This document shows positions 8,960 through 16,818 of a stretch of 57,336 nucleotides of DNA, one piece after another; the stretch's first letter is position 1, and each line of letters starts with the position of its first letter. The DNA lies in NCBI GenBank assembly GCA_030595835.1, contig JAUVLG010000005.1:1-57336 (forward strand), in the 5' to 3' direction. The position numbers and the translations under genes were made by a program. The stretch is from Candidatus Eiseniibacteriota bacterium. Lineage in GTDB: Bacteria; Joyebacterota; Joyebacteria; Joyebacterales; Joyebacteraceae. Below the pieces are notes generated by a model. It saw only the letters and a list, made by a program, of their open reading frames with translations. It had not been told where the DNA came from and made no database searches.

Positions 8960-9935
8960 TCTTCCCCTCTTTGCCTTTGCGCTCGCGCTGCGGGACCCGA
9001 TCTTTCAGCTTCGTCTCGATGCCCGCACCTTCGATCTCGCCCCAGTAGTCGTCCAGGGCCGCCTGCGTTTCCTCGATGCCGACGTCGGTGATGCGCCCTC
9101 TCTTGAAGTCCTCGATCGTCACGGTCGTGGCCGCCCCCTCTTTGTCGGAGAGAGTCACGCGCCCGCGGAAGATGTCGACGGCGACAACCTTGCCCTTACC
9201 TCTGCCCTCGCCCATCTCGATCCTGGTCCCCAGCTTCGGGTACTCCCTGCTTGCTTCCTTGTAGAAGTCCCTCTCGTACCTGAGACAGCACATCAGCCTG
9301 CCGCAGCCGCCAGAGATTTTCGGAGACCCCGGTGCGAGGTGCTGTTCCTTTACCATCTTGAGCGTCACGGGATCGAAGTCGTTGATGACGCCTCGACAGC
9401 AGTAGTAGCGCCCGCAGCGACCGTACCCGCCGAGCCGGCGGGCCTCGTCACGGACACCGATCTGACGCATCTCGATTCGCGATTTGAAGATGGAAGCTAA
9501 ATCGCGCACGAGCTTTCTGAAGTCGACCCGTCGGTCCGACGTGAAGTAGAAACGGATCTTGTTCGAGTCGAACTGCCACTCGACGTCGACCAGCTTCATC
9601 GGCAGGCCCTGCTTGGCGATGCACTGCTGGCAGGTTCTGTGCGCCTCCGTCTCCTTCTCACGCAGGGATCGCATTGTCGCGATGTCCTTGCTTGTTGCGC
9701 GACGCAGCATGGGTCCCTGGATCCCCTTCGACCTCACCTTCTGACTCACCTTACTGCCTTCGCGGATTACCTCCCCGATGTCGTGACCGCGCTCGATATC
9801 AACCACGGCGAAGTCACCGATCCGGAAGGGTATGTTCCTCGGGTTCGCGAAGAGCGCCTTCCTGCCCCCCTTGAACTCCACCTCGAAGGAGTCGGGCGTC
9901 GTGCCCAGTAGCTCCTCAGGCTGCATGTCTGACAC
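8949..9935 (-). CDS. ricT: PSP1-domain protein RicT/YaaT (Fe-S)
   Basis: MKLVDVE, FYFTSDRRVDFRKLVRDLA, RIEMRQIGVRDEA, CGRYYCC, KISGGCGRLMCCLRYE; sits after holB. Confidence 0.9.
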   Translation of the reverse strand: MSDMQPEELLGTTPDSFEVEFKGGRKALFANPRNIPFRIGDFAVVDIERGHDIGEVIREGSKVSQKVRSKGIQGPMLRRATSKDIATMRSLREKETEAHRTCQQCIAKQGLPMKLVDVEWQFDSNKIRFYFTSDRRVDFRKLVRDLASIFKSRIEMRQIGVRDEARRLGGYGRCGRYYCCRGVINDFDPVTLKMVKEQHLAPGSPKISGGCGRLMCCLRYERDFYKEASREYPKLGTRIEMGEGRGKGKVVAVDIFRGRVTLSDKEGAATTVTIEDFKRGRITDVGIEETQAALDDYWGEIEGAGIETKLKDRVPQRERKGKEGKNAG

Positions 9936-11046
9936 CCCTCTTCGTTGCTGTTTCCTTGCGCGCGACCGCCACGTCCAGAAGGACGGATGTGAAAACGATG
10001 GTGGCGTTCGAGTACCGTTCGATAGCCCGTCGCGCGTCGTCTATTTTGTCGATCAGACGTCCAAGCGTCTCTACGTCCATCGCGTCGGCAGCAGCTTTCA
10101 GCTCTGCCAGGTGCTGCGAGTAGAGCAGGTGCGGCGTGGCCGCGTCTGCGCCCATCTCCGAGAGCTTCAGGACGTCGCGATACCACAACAACATCAGGTC
10201 CAGAAAACGCTGCTGTTCCGAGCGACCCAGTCGAAAGGCGAGTGCCGTCGCCTCGTTGACGAGGGACGCAACGTCTTTCGTTCGCCCACCCGCCATCAGG
10301 TCGGCGACGCGCTTGAGCTCGACCTGCGGCCCCTGCCTGTTGGTCCTTACCGCCCTGCCGGCGCTGCCCTGGGCAAGCGCGGCGGCGGCCCTGGCGCTGG
10401 CCTTGTCGAACCCAAGTCTCGGGTCCGCGAGCAGTACCTCCTCGATCGTGCCTCTCCCGAGGCCGGCGAACGGTATCTTCTGACAGCGCGAGATGACGGT
10501 CGCCGGCAGCGCGTTCGGCCTCGAGGTCGTCAGGATGATGACGGTCTTGTCCGGAGGCTCCTCCAGTGTTTTGAGCAGCGTGTTGGCGGCCTCCGTTGTC
10601 ATCATGTCAGCATCGGCCAGCACAAAAACCTTCCAGGGACCAATGTAGGGCCGCTGATTGGCCTTCGCCACCACCTCCGAGAGGACGGTCTCCACGGAGA
10701 TTATCGCGGTCTTCCGCCCGAAATCCTGTTCGCGATAGCCGCCGCTTGCGTGGCCCGAGAGAAGCGCGCTCCTCTCGGCGGGCTTGAGCGTGGTGGGCAC
10801 CGGGAAGATGAGATGGATATCCGGATGGGAAAGCCCCTGAGCCATCTTGCAGCTCGCGCACGTGCCGCAGCCCGAGAGTCCTTCCTCCTCGCAGTTCAGC
10901 GCCTGCGCGAACGCGAGGGCGGTGGTCTCCTTCCCGACGCCGTCCGGGCCCCCGAACAAATAGGCGTGCGAGAGTCTCTCTGACTCGAAGGCGGCCGTGA
11001 GGAGACCGATGGCCTTGTCCTGCCCCTTGATTCGCGCAAGGCTCAT
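9916..11046 (-). CDS. holB: DNA polymerase III subunit delta'
   Basis: HAYLFGGPDGVGKET, Zn motif C..CGTCASC, HPD, AANTLLKTLEEPP, TVISRC; start at MSLARIKGQ with GGAGA RBS. Confidence 0.93.
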   Translation of the reverse strand: MSLARIKGQDKAIGLLTAAFESERLSHAYLFGGPDGVGKETTALAFAQALNCEEEGLSGCGTCASCKMAQGLSHPDIHLIFPVPTTLKPAERSALLSGHASGGYREQDFGRKTAIISVETVLSEVVAKANQRPYIGPWKVFVLADADMMTTEAANTLLKTLEEPPDKTVIILTTSRPNALPATVISRCQKIPFAGLGRGTIEEVLLADPRLGFDKASARAAAALAQGSAGRAVRTNRQGPQVELKRVADLMAGGRTKDVASLVNEATALAFRLGRSEQQRFLDLMLLWYRDVLKLSEMGADAATPHLLYSQHLAELKAAADAMDVETLGRLIDKIDDARRAIERYSNATIVFTSVLLDVAVARKETATKRGVRHAA

Positions 11047-11189
11047 CGTTTCTCCAGGAATCGCTCCGCCGGAGGGCTCCCTTGCCCCGCGGCTTCGCCC
11101 TGTGGCCCAAGTGGACCCATCTGCCCAATCCACGGAAAGCCCCGGGAGGACGTCACCAAGCCGAACTGCCCACCCGAAGCTAACTTACG

Positions 11190-11219
11190 ATTTTATGCGG
11201 CATACGGAGCGACCGTCAA
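11190..11219 (-). promoter_or_regulatory. Putative sigma-70 promoter for holB-ricT-metG-tatD-rsmA
   Basis: Minus strand TTGACG-18 nt-TAAAAT; the -35 overlaps the pdxA stop codon. Confidence 0.5.
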
Positions 11220-12301
11220 GCCGATTCGGCCAACCGCCTCGCAATGGCCGTCGCCAGGCGCACTGCCGCGATCATACTCCCCGAATCCGCCTCTCCTCGC
11301 CCGGCGATCCCGAAAGCCGTCCCGTGATCGACAGACGTGCGGACGACCGGGAGGCCGAGGGTCAGGTTTACGGATCGTCCGAAACCCCAGAGCTTCGCCG
11401 CGACGGTGCCCTGGTCATGGTACATCGCCAGGATGGCATCGTACAGGGACCCCGGGCCGCCGGAATCGCGGTCGCCGTGACCGACGAAGATCGAGTCGGC
11501 GGAGTAGGGTCCCGAGGCGTCTATGCCGGCCTCCCGCGCTCTGGCTATCGCAGGTGCGATGACTCGCTCTTCCTCGTCGCCGAACCTCCCATCCTCTCCC
11601 GCGTGCGGGTTGAGCCCCGTCACCGCTATCCTTGGGGAGCGGACGCCCAACCACGACCTGAGGCCACCGGCAAGCACATCGAGCTTCCCGGCGACAAGAT
11701 CCGTGGTAAGCGCCGCCGACACTTCCGACAGGGGAAGATGGGTAGTTGCGAGAGCCACGCGGCGCTCCCCTTGCACGAAGGTCATGACGAAGTCCGCGGC
11801 GCCCGTGAGATCGGCCAGGAACTCCGTGTGCCCGGGGAAGGCGACACCAGTAGCGGCGATCGCCGCCTTTGAGACCGGCGCGGTCACCATCGCGTCCACC
11901 TCACCGGACATGCAGAGGCGAGCGGCCACTTCGATCGACGCGAGGGCGGCTCGGGCGCCGTCGGCCGTCGGGCGTCCGGCGTCCACGGTGCCGGCGGAGA
12001 CACCAACGTCCACAACACTGGCAGGGAGAGGAACAGATAGCCGGCGCGCCCATTGCTCGAGAGCGGCGGGGTCTGCCGCAATAGCGAGGTCGCAGTCGCG
12101 CGTGGTCGAGGCGTCGGCGAGCACCTTGAGCGCTATCTCGGGCCCGACGCCGGCCGGATCGCCCATCGTGAGCACGAGACGCGGCCGGACAGTCGCGTTC
12201 CCGCCGCCCGCGGATGCGCTCCCAGTGCTATGTGAAACTGAGAGGGCCAGCCGTGGCTGGCCCTTAAGCGTCCGACGTGTGTACATCCTCAATGACCTCA
12301 T
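11216..12301 (-). CDS. pdxA: 4-hydroxythreonine-4-phosphate dehydrogenase PdxA (start uncertain)
   Basis: TMGDPAGVGPEI, VTAPVSK, GHTEFLA, TTHLPL, GLNPHAGEDG, AMYHDQG, RTSVDHGTAF. Confidence 0.93.
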   Translation of the reverse strand: MRSLRMYTRRTLKGQPRLALSVSHSTGSASAGGGNATVRPRLVLTMGDPAGVGPEIALKVLADASTTRDCDLAIAADPAALEQWARRLSVPLPASVVDVGVSAGTVDAGRPTADGARAALASIEVAARLCMSGEVDAMVTAPVSKAAIAATGVAFPGHTEFLADLTGAADFVMTFVQGERRVALATTHLPLSEVSAALTTDLVAGKLDVLAGGLRSWLGVRSPRIAVTGLNPHAGEDGRFGDEEERVIAPAIARAREAGIDASGPYSADSIFVGHGDRDSGGPGSLYDAILAMYHDQGTVAAKLWGFGRSVNLTLGLPVVRTSVDHGTAFGIAGRGEADSGSMIAAVRLATAIARRLAESA

Positions 12302-12530
12302 AGAGAGTGCGGGCCTTCTCCTTGCTCACATTGCCCGCGGGGACCGCGAGCACTCTCACGCGGAGAGTCCGGTCCCGCAGGTTGACGGTGAGTTCGTCAC
12401 CCGCGCTGACCACAGTTCCAGCCTTGGCGTTCTTCCCGAGTATCGAGACGCGCCCGGCATCGCAGGCCCACTTCGCCACGCTGCGCTGTTTGATCAACCT
12501 GGACAGCTTCAGGAATCGGTCGAGTCTCAT
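12264..12530 (-). CDS. S4-domain RNA-binding protein (YabO/RqcP/Hsp15-like)
   Basis: MRLDRFLKLSRLIKQRSVAKWACDAGRV..AK...V..GD; ATG overlaps the surA stop (ATGA). Confidence 0.88.
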   Translation of the reverse strand: MRLDRFLKLSRLIKQRSVAKWACDAGRVSILGKNAKAGTVVSAGDELTVNLRDRTLRVRVLAVPAGNVSKEKARTLYEVIEDVHTSDA

Positions 12531-13885
12531 TCCTCCGGTACCATACCAGTCCGGATATCCACGAATATCTCGCGGGACAACTGGTCGATCAGCTTCTCGT
12601 ACGCCTCCTCGGCCTTGCGAGAGAAGATGTAGTCCTTGAGGTTCTCGCGCACCTCGTCCAGTGTCGCCGTCCGGGCATCCTCGTGTTCCAGGAGCTTGAG
12701 CACGTAGAAGCCGCTTTCTCCGACCGTGACGTCGGCCACCTCCCCTGGAGAGAGCTTCGTCACTACGTCCTTGAAGGACGGAGCGAGATTGTCGAGCGAG
12801 AACCACCCGAGAACCCCACCTTCCTCACGGGTTGCCGGGTCGTCGGAACGGAGCAAGGCTAGCTCGGCGAAATCCTCTCCGTCGAACACACGCTGCCTCA
12901 GGCTCTCCGCGGTGGCCCTAGCCCTGACCTCGTCCTCCGGGCCCGGTGCGACTCTCGCCAGGATGTGACGCGCGTGCACGTTCGTGTCGCTCTTCTCGAG
13001 GATCTCCACGATATGGAAGCCAAACCGTGTTGGGATTATTCCACTTACTTCGCCCTCTTCCATCGCGAAGACAGCGTCATCAAACTCGGGTACCATGGTG
13101 CCCCGCTCGAACGTCCCGAGGTCACCACCGGTCGCACCGTTGGTGTCGTCGGAATACTCGCGCGCGAGCTCTTCGAACGACCCACCGGACGCCAGCCGAT
13201 CTGATACTTCTGTCATGCGATCGACTGCCGCCTGCTTGGCGTCCTGTGTGATCTTAGGGATGATCATTATCCCGCCAACAAGGAAGGCCTCCGGGACGTT
13301 CCCGACCTCCTCGGTGTGCTCGGCGTAGTAGCTCTCCACCTCACCCCACGTGACGTCTATGGTCCCGTGCACTTTGCTACGCACAACCCTTTCGGCCAGA
13401 AGGCGCCTCTCGATCTCCTTGGCGTAAAGGTGCTTGAGCTCCGTGAGCGTCAGTCCCTCCTGGGCCAGGGCGACGTCGAGCGCTTCCTCGGAACCGTGTC
13501 GTGCCACGAGCTCGGCCACACGGTTCTCCATCTCTTCCTCGAGTTCGCCTGGTCGAAGCCGCACCGTGTCCCGGTGCGCCATGGCCACGAGGAGCATCTC
13601 GTCGATCATCTCCCGCACTATTCCCGATCTGATGCGGGCCATGTCGTCCGGGGACAGCTCCGTCGCTCCCGCGCGCATCTGGTAGATGTAGAACTCCTCA
13701 TCGATCTCGCTCTCGAGGATGATCTCGTTTCCCACGACAATAGCTATGCCGTCGACGAGCTGTCTTGTGATCTCGTTCTCCGCTGGCTCGGTCTCGTCCT
13801 GTGCAAATACGGGAGAGACGAACGCCAGCAGCAGAAGCGCCACCACACCGGCGGCCAGAGCGTCTGTGTTCTTTATCAAAGCCAT
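12527..13885 (-). CDS. surA: SurA-like periplasmic chaperone with two parvulin PPIase domains
   Basis: Signal peptide (VFA-Q); SurA N-domain VDGIAIVVGNEIILESE; two rotamase domains (FEELAREYSDD..GGDLG..G.MVPEF..FGFHI and ARHIL..FAELA..SDD..GGVLG). Confidence 0.85.
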   Translation of the reverse strand: MALIKNTDALAAGVVALLLLAFVSPVFAQDETEPAENEITRQLVDGIAIVVGNEIILESEIDEEFYIYQMRAGATELSPDDMARIRSGIVREMIDEMLLVAMAHRDTVRLRPGELEEEMENRVAELVARHGSEEALDVALAQEGLTLTELKHLYAKEIERRLLAERVVRSKVHGTIDVTWGEVESYYAEHTEEVGNVPEAFLVGGIMIIPKITQDAKQAAVDRMTEVSDRLASGGSFEELAREYSDDTNGATGGDLGTFERGTMVPEFDDAVFAMEEGEVSGIIPTRFGFHIVEILEKSDTNVHARHILARVAPGPEDEVRARATAESLRQRVFDGEDFAELALLRSDDPATREEGGVLGWFSLDNLAPSFKDVVTKLSPGEVADVTVGESGFYVLKLLEHEDARTATLDEVRENLKDYIFSRKAEEAYEKLIDQLSREIFVDIRTGMVPEE

Positions 13886-13904
13886 CCCCTGTCTCCATGT
13901 CTTC

Positions 13905-13934
13905 CTAGAGAGCCACAACCTAGGGAGCCACAAC
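13905..13934. repeat. 15-bp tandem duplication (1 mismatch) covering the PPIase stop codon
   Basis: CTAGAGAGCCACAAC (13905-13919) then CTAGGGAGCCACAAC (13920-13934). Confidence 0.8.
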
Positions 13935-14816
13935 ACTGGTTGTCTCTGTCGGCGCCTCTTCATAAGCATCGCTGTCACTCAGTATTCGCGCGCGCGCCTC
14001 GTCGCGAAGAAGCGCGGTGTCGATGATCACGGTCGCACGCTCTTCCAGCTCGGTGAACCAGTCGTCGAACGCCGTGCGTCGCCGCTGTGAGGTGAGAAAG
14101 TTCATCACGGCGGCCTGCTTCGAGTCGAACGACGGTTGACCCGCTCCCGGGTGACGGTCGAGCACCTTGATGATGTGGTACCCGTAGCTGCTTGCTATGA
14201 CGTCTCCCACATCGCCGACCTTCAGTTCGAACGCGGCCTCCTCAAGCTCGTGGACCATCTCTCCGCGTCTCATGTAGCCGAGATCCCCGCCCTGCGACGC
14301 CGTCTGGTCTATCGACACGCTGGCCGCGATGTTCTCAAACGGCGCACCGGCACGTATATCCGCGAGCGCGCGTGTGGCCTCCGGTCTGCTCCGCACGAGA
14401 ATGTGCGCCAGGCGCACCTGGATCGAGTAGTCGGACCTGTGTTCCTGGAAGTAGTCCATGGCCTCTTCTTCGGTCACCTCGGGGATGTCCTCCACGAAGC
14501 CACGGATGCACTCCTCAGCGACGATCTCGCGCTCGATCTCCATGAGCCTGCGGCGCAGGTCAGGGTCGTCGCCAAAACCACGACGGAGCCCCTCTCTGTA
14601 GAAGAGCTCCGTCTTGACCCATGTCTTCAGCGCCTCTTCCTGATCGTCGAGGCTCATTACCGCGAGCAGCTGCTCCGGGACCGACGCGTAGAACTCGTCG
14701 GCAGTCAGGGTCGAGCTGTCGACCCTGGCTATCGCCTTGGACGTGTCATCACGACCGCAGCCGGCAGCTAGGCCCGCGGCGACACACAGCACTGCAAAGA
14801 GAGCGGCTCGTCTCAC
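13920..14816 (-). CDS. Parvulin-type PPIase lipoprotein (PrsA/PpiC-like)
   Basis: Lipobox AAG-C; VRLAHILV, F..IA..SID..GGDLG..G.MV..E.AAF..YGYHIIKV; GTG start at 14816 (TTG at 14828 alternative). Confidence 0.85.
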   Translation of the reverse strand: MRRAALFAVLCVAAGLAAGCGRDDTSKAIARVDSSTLTADEFYASVPEQLLAVMSLDDQEEALKTWVKTELFYREGLRRGFGDDPDLRRRLMEIEREIVAEECIRGFVEDIPEVTEEEAMDYFQEHRSDYSIQVRLAHILVRSRPEATRALADIRAGAPFENIAASVSIDQTASQGGDLGYMRRGEMVHELEEAAFELKVGDVGDVIASSYGYHIIKVLDRHPGAGQPSFDSKQAAVMNFLTSQRRRTAFDDWFTELEERATVIIDTALLRDEARARILSDSDAYEEAPTETTSVVAP

Positions 14817-14870
14817 CTGACACCTCAACTCGTCAATCCCCGGGACGGACCGTCCGCCCCTGAAATCGAT

Positions 14871-16697
14871 CTAGTTCAGTTTCACGTTGACCGACTCGCT
14901 GCCGCCCGACTCGCTGTTCGTCTTCTCCTTCAGAACCTCTGCCGGATCGTTGATGTACTGGAAATTCTCTTCGATGAATTCAATGGTGACGTTGTTCCGC
15001 GCGTTGTCTAGCAACGCGGTCAGAAGAGCCTCTCTCTTCGTCGAGATGACCGACTGCTTCACCACGCCCGCCACCTCGTCGAACGTCAGATCCCGGGCCG
15101 GATACGTCGCGAGCACCTTCACAAGCGCGTATCCACCCGGCGCACGCACCGGCTCACTGATCTCACCTATTTCGAGGTCGAACACCACACCCTGCAGGTA
15201 GTCGAGGCGCCTCTCGCCCACGTGGTATCCCGGTATCACGCCGTCCTTCGCCTTGCTCCACTCGTCGGTCGAGTGCGTCTTCACCATGTTGACGAACGTC
15301 GCCTCTCCCGACCCCACGCGCTGGAGAATGCGGTTCGCCTGCGCCTCCGTCGACACGATGAGCTGCTGAACGTCCACGGCGGCGGGCTCCACGAAGCTCT
15401 CACGATTTGACCTGTAGTAGTCGCGGATCTCCTGGCCGGTCGGCTCCTCGACGTTCTGTATGACCTCCTGATCGTACGTGATGTCGATGACGAACTCCTC
15501 GCTCCGCTGCTGGAGATAGTCCTTCATCTCTTCGCTGTCGCGGTAGCCACCCTCCACGATCTTCGCGGCGATACTCTCACGCTGGATCGTGCGCTTTATG
15601 AAGCCCTCGATCCGCGTGCGGTCGCCCGTCTTGATGGTCTCGATGCCGGGCAGTGCCTCGCACATCTGCTGGAAGTCCGCGAGGGTCACGATCTTCTCGT
15701 CACCGAAGATGTTGTAGGTGGCGAGCACCATGCTCCCCTCTTCCTCGGTGAACTCGGGGATGACCGCGATGCGAGCGCGCGATATGCTCTCCTCGCTGGT
15801 CGCAGCCTCGGTCTCCGGGACGGCCTCGAACGCGGCCTCGTCGATCCTCGTTCCACAGAGGTCTATCGCGTCATCCGAGAAAATGGCGTTCGCCGACTCG
15901 TTCCACTCGTTGAAGATGTAGTACTCGAGCATGTTCTTGTTGAAGTTACGCGCCTCCGCGGTAATGCCGGTGAGATGAGACCCCTCGAGGGGTTGCAGAT
16001 TCGGCGCATCCTTCCGGGACAGGATCTTGTAGATGAAGTAGGTGGAGCCAATCTGGTACATCGGCGTTATGTCATCCTTGTTGAGGTACCGCACTTCGAC
16101 GCGCGTCAACGGGTGCAGATCCGTCCAGCTCGTCACCGGCATGCGCCCCTCATCCTGCACGGTTCCACCGATGGAGACCTCGACCGCGACGCGCCCGAAG
16201 TCTTCTCCACCCTCGGTCACGCGGCGGTAGGTCTCGTTGGCCGCGTCTTCGTCCATCGTGGTGATCTCTTGAAGCTGGTACAGATCGTCACGGACCTCGT
16301 AGTAATCCTCAACCTGCTCCGGCGTGACCTGCGCCGGACCCACGATGAGTTCGTATTTGAGCATCTCCTCGGCATTGGTGTTCTCGAAGTGCTCCATCGC
16401 ACCCTCATACCTGTAGTCGTCCAGAACGCCCAGCTTGATGCCGTAGATGACGAGGATCTCCTTGCGGATAATATCCTCCATGAACTCCCGCTTTCCTTCG
16501 TCTCCTGGGACGTCCGGGATCATCTCGACAGGCACTCTCTCCAGTCGTTCATTAACGTAGCCGACTGTGACCTCGCGGGGCTCAACCACCCCGTCGATGT
16601 CGGTCAACCTGAGCGCGGGCTTGTCCTCCACGGACGAACACCCGGCGGCCATCGCGGCCACAACAACAAGGACGAAGAAGGCTGTGAACTTCCTCAT
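14871..16697 (-). CDS. Large lipoprotein foldase with two parvulin-like domains
   Basis: MRKFTAFFVLVVVAAMAAG-C lipobox with AAGGAG RBS; degenerate rotamase domains (F.RVAVEVS..G; VQQLIV..F..MVK.HSTD..GEISEPV..GGYALVKV). Confidence 0.78.
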   Translation of the reverse strand: MRKFTAFFVLVVVAAMAAGCSSVEDKPALRLTDIDGVVEPREVTVGYVNERLERVPVEMIPDVPGDEGKREFMEDIIRKEILVIYGIKLGVLDDYRYEGAMEHFENTNAEEMLKYELIVGPAQVTPEQVEDYYEVRDDLYQLQEITTMDEDAANETYRRVTEGGEDFGRVAVEVSIGGTVQDEGRMPVTSWTDLHPLTRVEVRYLNKDDITPMYQIGSTYFIYKILSRKDAPNLQPLEGSHLTGITAEARNFNKNMLEYYIFNEWNESANAIFSDDAIDLCGTRIDEAAFEAVPETEAATSEESISRARIAVIPEFTEEEGSMVLATYNIFGDEKIVTLADFQQMCEALPGIETIKTGDRTRIEGFIKRTIQRESIAAKIVEGGYRDSEEMKDYLQQRSEEFVIDITYDQEVIQNVEEPTGQEIRDYYRSNRESFVEPAAVDVQQLIVSTEAQANRILQRVGSGEATFVNMVKTHSTDEWSKAKDGVIPGYHVGERRLDYLQGVVFDLEIGEISEPVRAPGGYALVKVLATYPARDLTFDEVAGVVKQSVISTKREALLTALLDNARNNVTIEFIEENFQYINDPAEVLKEKTNSESGGSESVNVKLN

Positions 16698-16785
16698 CTG
16701 GAATTCTCCTTTCGTGTCACCGGGGCCGCCGGATGGAACCTGCGCCCCGTTCCTGGTCGGGAAGTGCTTCACCCCAGTAAAGGCG

Positions 16786-16806
16786 AAAAAGCCCGTAAAC
16801 GGGCTC
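16786..16806 (-). terminator. Probable terminator after mfd
   Basis: Minus strand AGCCCG-TTTA-CGGGCT-TTTT immediately after the mfd stop. Confidence 0.55.
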
Positions 16807-16818
16807 CGATACGTAACA

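Noticed and set aside
11047-11185. holB 5' leader with short complementary segments (GCTTCG/CGAAGC, GTGGA/TCCAC)
   Set aside because: The stems are short for GC-rich DNA and show no T-box, SAM or SRP motifs; not supportable without covariation.
12224-12239. parS-like half site (ATGTGAAAC) near the pdxA start
   Set aside because: The left arm does not match and it is not palindromic.
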